A stretch of DNA of 28,027 nucleotides. Origin: a virus. Taxonomy: Duplodnaviria > Caudoviricetes. The notes beneath the pieces were generated by a model, which saw only the letters and a program-made list of their open reading frames with translations, made no database searches and was not told the origin of the DNA. Every line of letters starts with the position of its first letter. The stretch's first letter is position 1. A program made the translations under genes and the position numbers. This document shows positions 11,242-17,894 of this stretch, in pieces. The stretch lies in IMG/VR virus record IMGVR_UViG_3300033076_000038, positions 1-28,027 of that record, one strand, 5' to 3'.

Positions 11242-11934
11242 TCACCTGAAGTATGGAGCGATCATCGGAGAAATGTAGACCGATACGTTTTCCGTGTCCT
11301 GAGCGGCAGCAATTGCATAAGCCTCATCGGCTTCCTGCTTCAACTGGGCGGTCAACTGGGGCTGCCAGATACGCGAAAGATAGTACGCAAGGCCATTGGC
11401 AAAAGCGTCAAGCCAGCGATACGGAACGTCGATAGTCTCGCCGCCCGGAAGGTTGGCATCCTGAACCTGTGTCACACGATAATATGTGATTGTTGTCGGG
11501 TTGCCAGAACCATCCGGCAGAGGCCAAATAGTCACTGTGGGGCTGATCAGGCGGTCAAACCAGAACACAGTGGGGAAGCCCTGCTGCTGCTTGTTTGGGT
11601 AGCTGGCATACTCAGAACGGCTGATAGGCATCATGATGCGATCTGTGTTCGTTGTTCCAGACGGCGTCCTTGCATACATATCAAGGATCATGACCGTATC
11701 AGACGGGACAGAGTATGTGGACTGCCCCTCAATCAGCGTGATGGTTTCGGTATCAACCTTCCAAAGGTTGACACCCATGTTGCTCCAGCGGGAAAGCAGC
11801 ATATTCATAGCCTGCCGTGCGCTGTTCAGATGCTCCTGAACAACCGAAGTAGAGCGCACTTGACACAGGTTGAAGGCATACAGCACAACTTCGCCAATGC
11901 TGGGGTTGTAATTGTATGTGCCGCTTGTGGTCAT
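11242..11934 (-). CDS. Head-tail adaptor / head completion protein (P22 gp4-like)
   Basis: 230 aa; ARQAMNMLLSRWSNMGVNLW, QGFPTVFWFDR, IWPLPD, DVPYRWLDAFANGLAYYL. Confidence 0.7.
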   Translation of the reverse strand: MTTSGTYNYNPSIGEVVLYAFNLCQVRSTSVVQEHLNSARQAMNMLLSRWSNMGVNLWKVDTETITLIEGQSTYSVPSDTVMILDMYARTPSGTTNTDRIMMPISRSEYASYPNKQQQGFPTVFWFDRLISPTVTIWPLPDGSGNPTTITYYRVTQVQDANLPGGETIDVPYRWLDAFANGLAYYLSRIWQPQLTAQLKQEADEAYAIAAAQDTENVSVYISPMIAPYFR

Positions 11935-11945
11935 GCTTCAGTCCT

Positions 11946-12269
11946 CTAGCCGATACCGGCCTGACAAATTGTTGCAACAACGCTGCCGCTACCCGAAGCA
12001 ATCGTAAGGCGGATGCCACGGCAAGGGACGTTGAAGAAGGCATTCTTGCTTGCGACGGCAGATGTAAGGTCAGAGCTTACAGGCGTCCAAGTAGCGGAAG
12101 AGGCAACGAAGCCAGCCCCAAGAATGTCATCCAGCGTGTACTCCACAGTGTATGTGGCAGCGCCCGTAAGAACAGCCTGAATGCCAATGTTCACGGGGTT
12201 CTTGAAGTAATCTACAGCGTAAATTGTGCTGGAGCCTGCGCCTGTCTTGGAGATCGTGTTAACAGCCAT
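11946..12269 (-). CDS. Small beta-rich hypothetical virion protein
   Basis: 107 aa; SD AAGGAA; alternating beta pattern. Confidence 0.75.
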   Translation of the reverse strand: MAVNTISKTGAGSSTIYAVDYFKNPVNIGIQAVLTGAATYTVEYTLDDILGAGFVASSATWTPVSSDLTSAVASKNAFFNVPCRGIRLTIASGSGSVVATICQAGIG

Positions 12270-12284
12270 TTCAGTGTTCCTTGC

Positions 12285-12443
12285 TTACTTGTTCTTGCCG
12301 CGCGCTACTCTGATATTGTCTACAGCATTTGGGTAAGGCCGTCCAGCAGCGCGCGCTAGTGCCTTGGCCTGATCAATCTGCTTTTTCTTCATCGGCTTCG
12401 ATTTGTGGTCAGCCGGAAGCTTCTTATCCCAAACAGGCTTCAT
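12285..12443 (-). CDS. Small basic hypothetical protein (52 aa), below the ORF-track cutoff
   Basis: Manual translation MKPVWDKKLPADHKSKPMKKKQIDQAKALARAAGRPYPNAVDNIRVARGKNK; ATGA overlap with the upstream stop (alternative start 12449); fills the gap exactly. Confidence 0.8.
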   Translation of the reverse strand: MKPVWDKKLPADHKSKPMKKKQIDQAKALARAAGRPYPNAVDNIRVARGKNK

Positions 12444-12679
12444 GGACATTTCCATTTCCTCAATGCAAGTGCCTTACGGGTCGGTTCGCCCTTTTCGTCC
12501 TTCATGGGACCGGGCATTCCACCCATTCTAGCACAGAAACTCTTTTTGCGGGGGCCGCCTTCAGGCTGGGGCCGTTTAATATCATGCCCCTGAGCGCGAA
12601 GCGAAGCCCTGCCCTTTTCATTAAGACCGCCAGAAGGGTTCTTCCCCTCTGCGCGCTGCCATGCAGGCGTCTTAGCCAT
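12440..12679 (-). CDS. Small basic phage protein (DUF6321-like, from recall)
   Basis: 79 aa; AWQRAEGKNPSGGLNEKGRAS...RKKSFCARM...ALRKWKC; SD AGGAGA. Confidence 0.8.
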   Translation of the reverse strand: MAKTPAWQRAEGKNPSGGLNEKGRASLRAQGHDIKRPQPEGGPRKKSFCARMGGMPGPMKDEKGEPTRKALALRKWKCP

Positions 12680-12693
12680 ATCGTTCTCCTATG

Positions 12694-12730
12694 AAAGAAA
12701 AGGGGCGGGATGTTAATGCCATCCCACCCC
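12694..12730 (-). terminator. Intrinsic terminator
   Basis: GGGGUGGGAUG-GCAUUAA-CAUCCCGCCCC followed by UUUUCUUU. Confidence 0.85.
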
Positions 12731-12790
12731 AATCCCCCAACCACGGGGTTTCCATGCAGCCAACAGGGGAGGGCCAGTGGCTACACGGAA
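12731..12790 (-). ncRNA. Candidate structured 3'-UTR element (13-bp stem, C-rich loop, possible pseudoknot)
   Basis: UUCCGUGUAGCCA pairs with UGGCUGCAUGGAA; loop UCCCCU can pair with downstream GGGGGA. Confidence 0.5.
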
Positions 12791-12794
12791 CTCA

Positions 12795-13037
12795 TTAGCC
12801 GCGCGGCTTAGAGCCTTCGCCCTGAGCAGCGGTCCAATCGGCGGAGCAGATGCCGCCAGACTTGCGGGCCTTGCGATCAGCACGCATGGCGGACATCTTG
12901 CCAGCCATCTTGCCCATCTCCTTGCCGACCTTGCCGCCACGCTTGCGCATGGAGCGGGCTTCAGCGACAACGTCCTTGTTACCCGAAACCAGTTCCGGGC
13001 TGTTCTTCTTCGGCATAACGCCCTTCATCTTTTCCAT
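12795..13037 (-). CDS. Small basic GG-motif protein (80 aa), paralogous to the N-terminus of the 811-aa protein
   Basis: Start moved to ATG 13037 (SD AAGGAG, removes overlap); RKRGGKV...GKMSAMRADRKARKSGG...SADWTA. Confidence 0.85.
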   Translation of the reverse strand: MEKMKGVMPKKNSPELVSGNKDVVAEARSMRKRGGKVGKEMGKMAGKMSAMRADRKARKSGGICSADWTAAQGEGSKPRG

Positions 13038-13053
13038 TTTGCCTGCTCCTTGC

Positions 13054-13509
13054 TTAGGCTGTAGCGTTGCGGTTCTGGAGATAGGTAACAACAATGCTAC
13101 CGACGCCAGAGCCAGTGTTGGTGGAAGTGACCGCGATCTTACGATCCGTTGTGCCGACATCAATCCAGTTGCCGTTGCGGGTAGCATCGGTGCCGGGAGT
13201 GGCGGTCAGCGGGCCAATTGCAGCGCCGTCAAGCGCCCCAGCCGCCGTAAGGAACGTGGCAGAAGCCGTTGTGCCAATACCAAATGTAGTCGCCGCGCCG
13301 GTCATAGCCGTCGTGAGAAACACCTTAATATCGACAATCTGGCTGTTGGCGGGGATGACGATGTCCGTCGCGCCGCTTGCCTGCGTGAAGGCAGAAGACT
13401 GGGCCATAAGAACCCAGCCGGTGTTCTTCACATTTGACCCAAGCGTAGAACCGCTGGTGTCAGGGATGTTGCCAGCCTTGATCGGGCCGGTGAATGTGGT
13501 TGTTCCCAC
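13054..13509 (-). CDS. Putative minor capsid / decoration-type protein
   Basis: 151 aa, GTG start with SD AAGGAGG; MGTTTFTGPIKAG...IPANSQIVDI; directly after the MCP. Confidence 0.7.
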   Translation of the reverse strand: MGTTTFTGPIKAGNIPDTSGSTLGSNVKNTGWVLMAQSSAFTQASGATDIVIPANSQIVDIKVFLTTAMTGAATTFGIGTTASATFLTAAGALDGAAIGPLTATPGTDATRNGNWIDVGTTDRKIAVTSTNTGSGVGSIVVTYLQNRNATA

Positions 13510-13523
13510 GGGAACCTCCTTGC

Positions 13524-13584
13524 ACTTACACTACGCCATCTGTGCAGAGTCCGCTGGATCGGTTGGCGCAGCAAGTTAATCCAG
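13524..13584 (-). ncRNA. Candidate structured RNA downstream of the Mu-gpT-like capsid gene (possible Mu-gpT-DE motif)
   Basis: ACUUGC-UGCGCCA / UGGCGUA-GU-GUAAGU stem enclosing CCG-AUCCAG-CGG and UCU-GCAC-AGA; loop AUCCAG is complementary to upstream CUGGAU. Motif name inferred from location only. Confidence 0.55.
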
Positions 13585-13587
13585 ATG

Positions 13588-13615
13588 AAAAAGGCGGGAG
13601 CCGAAACCCCCGCCT
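13588..13615 (-). terminator. Intrinsic terminator after the major capsid gene
   Basis: AGGCGGGGGU-UUCG-GCUCCCGCCU followed by UUUU. Confidence 0.85.
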
Positions 13616-13622
13616 CTTGAGC

Positions 13623-14534
13623 TTAGGTCGGGAGCGAACCCCAGATGCTACGCCAGTTGTAATATCCGAACGAGTACCGCTCGTAACCCTTAACCAGAAG
13701 GTTGTCGGTCACGAAGTCAACCTGCATATCGGTTTCAAACTTGACGCGCTCCATGTACGACAGGCCGTCGATGTTCGTCAGCAGGAACCAAGCTGTCGAA
13801 GATGTCAGGTAGTCGTTTGTCATGTAGCCTTCAGGCAGACCGCCCGAAGTGCTGATGATGGCGTTGACGTCGTTGTCCGCTGTACCGGGGCGCAGTTCCG
13901 ACTTTGTCAGACGGATGGCAACCGGTTCAAGCTGCGGCGGAACCAGCAGCTTACGGGCGCGGGCGAAAACCTTCAGGCCAGCCTGATCCTTGAAGTTGGT
14001 ACGGATGGCGATCATGCCCGCAAGCAGGGTCGCTTCGTTCAACTCAACGTCAGTAGCCGGACGGTTGGCAACCGTGCCGCCATCAATCGGGTGATTGGTG
14101 GCGATAAGAGCGACACCGTCACCGCCGACCGACGCATTGTAGGTCGTAGAGGTGTTGATGACGTTCGCGCCGTAGATTTCCTTTGTCTGGTTGAACGACT
14201 CAACAAGACCAAGGTTAGACGGCTGGAACTGCGTCTTATACAGGTTGTCGTCAATGGCTTTGCGTGTGATCGCGTAGCCAAGAGCGATTTCCGTATGCTC
14301 CTGATTGTAGACATAACGCTCACCAGCGCCGTTGTCGAAAGCGGTCTGGCCGCCTTCGGTCTTAAGCTGGGCAAGACCCAGATAGCGCATTTCAGCAGTG
14401 CGCTCCAGAGCCATGCGGCTTTCGTGCTTGGTGAAAATCTTGTCGTACTGAGACGGAATCTGCTCGTACTTGCCTTCAATGCCACGGAGTCCGGGCAGGA
14501 GAAGGTCTTTAATGGCAGAAAGATTAACAGCCAT
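13623..14534 (-). CDS. Major capsid protein (HK97 fold, Mu gpT-like family)
   Basis: 303 aa; LLLPGL...G..Y, ALGYAITRKAIDDNLY, GGDGVAL...HP, KLLVPPQL, YLTSSTAWFL, ERYSFG..NWR; strong codon bias; followed by a terminator. Confidence 0.9.
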   Translation of the reverse strand: MAVNLSAIKDLLLPGLRGIEGKYEQIPSQYDKIFTKHESRMALERTAEMRYLGLAQLKTEGGQTAFDNGAGERYVYNQEHTEIALGYAITRKAIDDNLYKTQFQPSNLGLVESFNQTKEIYGANVINTSTTYNASVGGDGVALIATNHPIDGGTVANRPATDVELNEATLLAGMIAIRTNFKDQAGLKVFARARKLLVPPQLEPVAIRLTKSELRPGTADNDVNAIISTSGGLPEGYMTNDYLTSSTAWFLLTNIDGLSYMERVKFETDMQVDFVTDNLLVKGYERYSFGYYNWRSIWGSLPT

Positions 14535-14549
14535 GTTCCCTTACTCCCC

Positions 14550-15137
14550 TTAGATGCCAGTCGGACCAGCGCCGTTGTTACGGCTGGTGACATTGTTGAA
14601 GCCGACAATGATCTGGTTGTAAGCAGATGTGATGTCGGTCCCGTTCGCACCGGGCGGCTGCGTGATGAAGCCGATGATACGGAAGGGAAGTGTGGCGGTC
14701 ACGGCAGGGCTTTCAACATAGGCACCGGAGATGCCCGTGCTAGAGTTACCCGTGCCAAGGTTGAACTGGACATAGAGGCCCATATCAGCCAGACCGATGG
14801 CGGTGCCGCCAGCCTGCACGACGAACTGAGCGTTCGGATCGTCAATGATATAAGCTTCAACGTCAGCCGAAGCGTCAGAACCCGGCCAATAGTTAGACCA
14901 GACAGTGCGCTTCTGCGAGGTGGACAGATACTTACAGCCAGCGAAAATGCCAGCGATCTGAGCCGTACCGGCTGTCGAACGGGTGATATAGCCCGTGTTG
15001 ACGTTCGATACGGGGTCGCCAAAGTAAATAGCGGTCGTGTCGCCAGAAGCGATCAGACGAACGGACTGTTCGTATGTCGGGGCAGAGCCAAGGCCGCGAT
15101 ACTGGCGAAAGCCGAAGGGGGCATTAGTGTTAGCCAT
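14550..15137 (-). CDS. Putative capsid decoration / cement protein
   Basis: 195 aa; MANTNAPFGF, IYFGDPV, GIFAGCKY, DDPNAQFVVQ; co-transcribed just upstream of the MCP; SD AGGAG. Confidence 0.7.
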   Translation of the reverse strand: MANTNAPFGFRQYRGLGSAPTYEQSVRLIASGDTTAIYFGDPVSNVNTGYITRSTAGTAQIAGIFAGCKYLSTSQKRTVWSNYWPGSDASADVEAYIIDDPNAQFVVQAGGTAIGLADMGLYVQFNLGTGNSSTGISGAYVESPAVTATLPFRIIGFITQPPGANGTDITSAYNQIIVGFNNVTSRNNGAGPTGI

Positions 15138-15156
15138 CCCGGTTTCTCCTAGAGAG

Positions 15157-15226
15157 CAATCACGTTAACAGCACCGGGCCATCTAGTGATCAAGTAGTCG
15201 GTTTCACTTCCACACCGGGGGAAGTG
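15157..15226 (-). promoter_or_regulatory. Tandem leader hairpins with identical C(CCGGU)G loops upstream of the capsid operon
   Basis: CACUUCC-C-CCGGU-G-U-GGAAGUG (15205-15226) and GAUGGC-CCGGU-GCUGUU (15167-15183), the latter extended by AUCAC/GUGAU. Confidence 0.6.
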
Positions 15227-15229
15227 GTT

Positions 15230-15259
15230 AATCTATATCATGTAAAATAAAGTTTGCAA
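15230..15259 (-). promoter_or_regulatory. Putative sigma70-type promoter for the capsid operon
   Basis: cTTGCAA-N16-TATAGA (or N18-TAGATT) in an AT-rich stretch between a terminator and the leader hairpins. Confidence 0.55.
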
Positions 15260-15264
15260 GACAC

Positions 15265-15300
15265 AAAATAAAACGCCGCCCTACCAAGCAGAGCGGCGCT
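15265..15300 (-). terminator. Intrinsic terminator after the 197-aa gene
   Basis: AGCGCCGCUCUGC-UUG-GUAGGGCGGCGUU followed by UUAUUUU. Confidence 0.85.
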
Positions 15301-15320
15301 TACTAGCCTCTCACGTTAAC

Positions 15321-15914
15321 TTAGTCATCGCTGATGGGCATTGCCTCAAACGACTTCTTGATGCTTGCCTTAACGCGCGGATCGTCACGATCAAACGTGC
15401 CTTCCGGCGCTTGGTTAAGCTGGGCTTCTTTAGCCTTAACCTGAAGGCGGGCCTTGCGCAGATTGTCCTTATGGATGTCATCAGTAAGCACCTTCGGGCG
15501 CTCCATGAGGATCATGCCATCACGTTCAATCGTCTGCCAGTTGCCCTTGGGCATCATCTGGGGGTGGCGTGACGCCGGGACGGCTTCCCAGCCCTGACGG
15601 GCCAGTTCAACCTCATGCGCCGGGTCTTCCTTGCCCCAAATGGTCTTGCGCTTCCACTCATACGACCAGCCATCGGGAATAATGTGCGGGTCAACGTAGA
15701 AACGGTCAGCACCTTCGCTTGTGTCGCCCTTCAGATGCTGGCGAATTTCAGCCGCCCTGCGTTCGGCACGCGCGCGCGGGTCTTCCTCACGCTTTCCAGC
15801 GCGCATATCCTCACGGGCTTCGCTAATCGGGTCCGCGCGCATGTCTTCAATGACCTTGGCGGGCCTTCCGGGCTTCTTTTTCATGATTTCAGGCATGTTA
15901 TCGTCGCTCATCAC
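15321..15914 (-). CDS. Hypothetical head-module protein
   Basis: 197 aa; IPDGWSYEWKR...GWEAVPASRHP...IERDGMILMERP; ATGA overlap with the scaffold gene. Confidence 0.8.
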   Translation of the reverse strand: MMSDDNMPEIMKKKPGRPAKVIEDMRADPISEAREDMRAGKREEDPRARAERRAAEIRQHLKGDTSEGADRFYVDPHIIPDGWSYEWKRKTIWGKEDPAHEVELARQGWEAVPASRHPQMMPKGNWQTIERDGMILMERPKVLTDDIHKDNLRKARLQVKAKEAQLNQAPEGTFDRDDPRVKASIKKSFEAMPISDD

Positions 15915-16804
15915 TGCAATTTCCCTTCTTTCTTGAGGGCAAGCTTGTTTTTCGCGTACTCTTCAGGCGTCATGCCCATGATAGACGCCATTTCACGCTC
16001 CGCGCCGGTCAAAGTGACCGTGTTGCGGCCTCCAGAGCCGTTCCCAGCGGTCCTAGAGGACGGCGCAGCGGGCGGTTGGGGCCTCTTAGCCATCGGTTTT
16101 GCCGCCATAGAGGTCGGTTCCTCCGCTTCTTCACGCTGAACAGCAGTCTGAGGCTTGCGGTAGCCCATCTGACGCTCAATTTCGGCAAAATACTCATCAG
16201 TATCCGCCTGAAAACCGTCAGCAATGGCAATATTGTGCGCTCCGACCATCTTCATGTAGAGCCGCTTGTCCTTAACGCACTCAGGATGCGACCGAATCCA
16301 CGCTGCGGAGCGCGGAGATAGCTGAGAAGCAACCGCTTCGACCGGATCAGCAGGCATTTCGGGCTGCTGGGCGGGCGGATTAGCGATGCGCTGCTCAAGA
16401 GCGGCCTTGCCATTCTCCAACTGGAGCAACTTTGCGCCGTTGATCGACATCTGGGACTGGATTTCAGCCGCCTGTTCAAAGGCACCAGCCGCCATAGCCG
16501 CCGCGTAATCGCGCTTCAGCATCTGATTGGAGCGGTTAACGCTGTCAATCGCACTGGCGATAAGCTGGAGATTGCTGTCCTGCACCTCTGCGGAGGCGCG
16601 CGAAGCATTCTCCTGAGCCGCCCTTGCGCGGCTTTCGGCTTCAGCACGGGCAAGACGCTCTTGCTCAAGCTGAATCTTCAGCGCGTTAATGCCAACCTCA
16701 GAAGAAACTTCATCTTCTGATCCGGCTTCAGGCTCAGAAGCCTGTTCCGTCTCATCACTGACGATGATTTCTTCTTCGACTTTCTTCTCTTCAACGTCTG
16801 ACAT
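15911..16804 (-). CDS. Putative capsid scaffolding protein
   Basis: 297 aa; acidic N-terminus, long coiled coil, Pro-rich linker, C-terminal helix pair VTLTGAEREMASIMGMTPEEYAKNK; position upstream of capsid genes. Confidence 0.7.
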   Translation of the reverse strand: MSDVEEKKVEEEIIVSDETEQASEPEAGSEDEVSSEVGINALKIQLEQERLARAEAESRARAAQENASRASAEVQDSNLQLIASAIDSVNRSNQMLKRDYAAAMAAGAFEQAAEIQSQMSINGAKLLQLENGKAALEQRIANPPAQQPEMPADPVEAVASQLSPRSAAWIRSHPECVKDKRLYMKMVGAHNIAIADGFQADTDEYFAEIERQMGYRKPQTAVQREEAEEPTSMAAKPMAKRPQPPAAPSSRTAGNGSGGRNTVTLTGAEREMASIMGMTPEEYAKNKLALKKEGKLQ

Positions 16805-16815
16805 TAACCTATCTC

Positions 16816-17208
16816 CTACCAGACACTATCCGGGGCCGGAATGCGACCGCGAATGTCCGTGTCATCCAAGATGCGGCAAAGCTGGCCGTGAACTGTAATG
16901 GCCCAGCCATCGCTGGGGCGGAAGTAAATCCAGTCGCCAACATCAAGCTTGACGCCCTTGAACCACTTGCCGCTTTCATCGACAAAAGCATCAGCGCCCT
17001 TTTTGATGATTAGGCCAACTTTTCCCTGATATTTGTCTTCATCACGGGTCTGAGAGGACAAATACAGGCCACTTTTCGTCTTCTCAGGGCGGATATAGAT
17101 CGCCACAAGAACCTGATTGTGGAAGATTTCAATGTCGTTGATGTCGCCCATTTCCTTGCGGATGGCTTCAGCCGGATCGTCAGTGTGTTCCATACGCATG
17201 TATGGCAT
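16816..17208 (-). CDS. groES: GroES/Cpn10-like co-chaperonin
   Basis: NQVLVA...EKTKSGLYL (mobile loop)...GLIIKKG...VGDWIYF...GQLCRILDDTDIRG follows the Cpn10 pattern. Confidence 0.85.
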   Translation of the reverse strand: MPYMRMEHTDDPAEAIRKEMGDINDIEIFHNQVLVAIYIRPEKTKSGLYLSSQTRDEDKYQGKVGLIIKKGADAFVDESGKWFKGVKLDVGDWIYFRPSDGWAITVHGQLCRILDDTDIRGRIPAPDSVW

Positions 17209-17424
17209 TTACTTGCTCCCCTGTTCTGCTTTGTTAATTTCGGCGTTAACTTCCTCAATCATCTCATGAGCGATGTTAAGGCCGCGAATGATGCCAGACA
17301 GGTACTTATACTCAGCAAAATCAACAGCATTGCCTGTTACGATGCGTTCGCTTTCACGCGAAGCAGCTTCGTTCAGACGCTTGCCATACAGCTTTTGCCA
17401 GAAGGTATCGTAAGTCTGCACCAT
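17209..17424 (-). CDS. Small helical hypothetical protein
   Basis: 71 aa; GNAVDFAEYKYLSGIIRGL; stop abuts the groES start; no obvious SD. Confidence 0.8.
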   Translation of the reverse strand: MVQTYDTFWQKLYGKRLNEAASRESERIVTGNAVDFAEYKYLSGIIRGLNIAHEMIEEVNAEINKAEQGSK

Positions 17425-17514
17425 GCAAGCTAAATAAAATGTTTACTTAGCCAAATCCATTAACCAACTTGGAATGTAAAAATTCATTCACCAAATTGTT
17501 GGCGTTAACATTGT

Positions 17515-17543
17515 TTGACTTTTGTTAACATCCGTGCTATAGT
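17515..17543 (+). promoter_or_regulatory. Strong sigma70 promoter with extended -10
   Basis: TTGACT-17 nt-TATAGT with TG at the extended -10 position; GTTAACAT copies at 17504 and 17524 flank the -35. Confidence 0.85.
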
Positions 17544-17587
17544 GCTTTTGTTAGGTCGGATAGTCCGGCCCCTAAACGGAGGTAAAA

Positions 17588-17782
17588 ATGTCTGGTTATT
17601 ATCGCGTTATATCCAAGCCGTTCCTGCCAAAAGATGAACGCAAACAAGCTAATGCTTGGAATGTTTTTGCTGGTAAAAAGTTTAAGTCACAGAGGGATGC
17701 AATCGCCGCAAGGGATACATTGCCAGAGAAACACCTGTTTGATGTTTCGTACTGCATACCAGCAATGGATGTTTTGAAATAG
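17588..17782 (+). CDS. Counter-oriented small hypothetical protein (moron-like)
   Basis: 64 aa; own promoter, SD GGAGG at 17578, terminator right after the stop; AT-rich. Confidence 0.8.
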   Translation: MSGYYRVISKPFLPKDERKQANAWNVFAGKKFKSQRDAIAARDTLPEKHLFDVSYCIPAMDVLK

Positions 17783-17820
17783 AAAAAGGGCCGGGGAGTG
17801 ATTCCCGGCCCTAATTATTT
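17783..17820. terminator. Probably bidirectional intrinsic terminator
   Basis: AAAAAGGGCCGGGGA-GTGA-TTCCCGGCCCTAATTATTT between convergent genes. Confidence 0.85.
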
Positions 17821-17823
17821 GGT

Positions 17824-17887
17824 CCGCAGCGGCAGGGAGACATTTGACTCCCACTGTCTTGCCACGGGGGCAGCAAGTCCGCTGCGG
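17824..17887 (-). ncRNA. Candidate three-way-junction RNA in the 3' UTR of the 811-aa gene
   Basis: P1 CCGCAGCGG/CCGCUGCGG (9 bp) encloses CUUGCUGC-CCCC-GUGGCAAG and GGGAG-UCAAAUGU-CUCCC. Confidence 0.55.
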
Positions 17888-17894
17888 CTCCTTA

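Noticed and set aside
13038-13187. N-terminal extension of the 130-aa ORF, or a frameshift fusion with the 151-aa gene
   Set aside because: ATG 13037 has its own SD and no slippery heptamer was seen.
13494-15152. 552-aa plus-strand ORF
   Set aside because: Antisense shadow of the codon-biased capsid genes; no SD, promoter or recognisable motif.
17824-17887. Possible tRNA or hammerhead ribozyme
   Set aside because: Only three stems, no T-loop/D-loop consensus, no CUGANGA/GAAA core; kept only as an unnamed structure.
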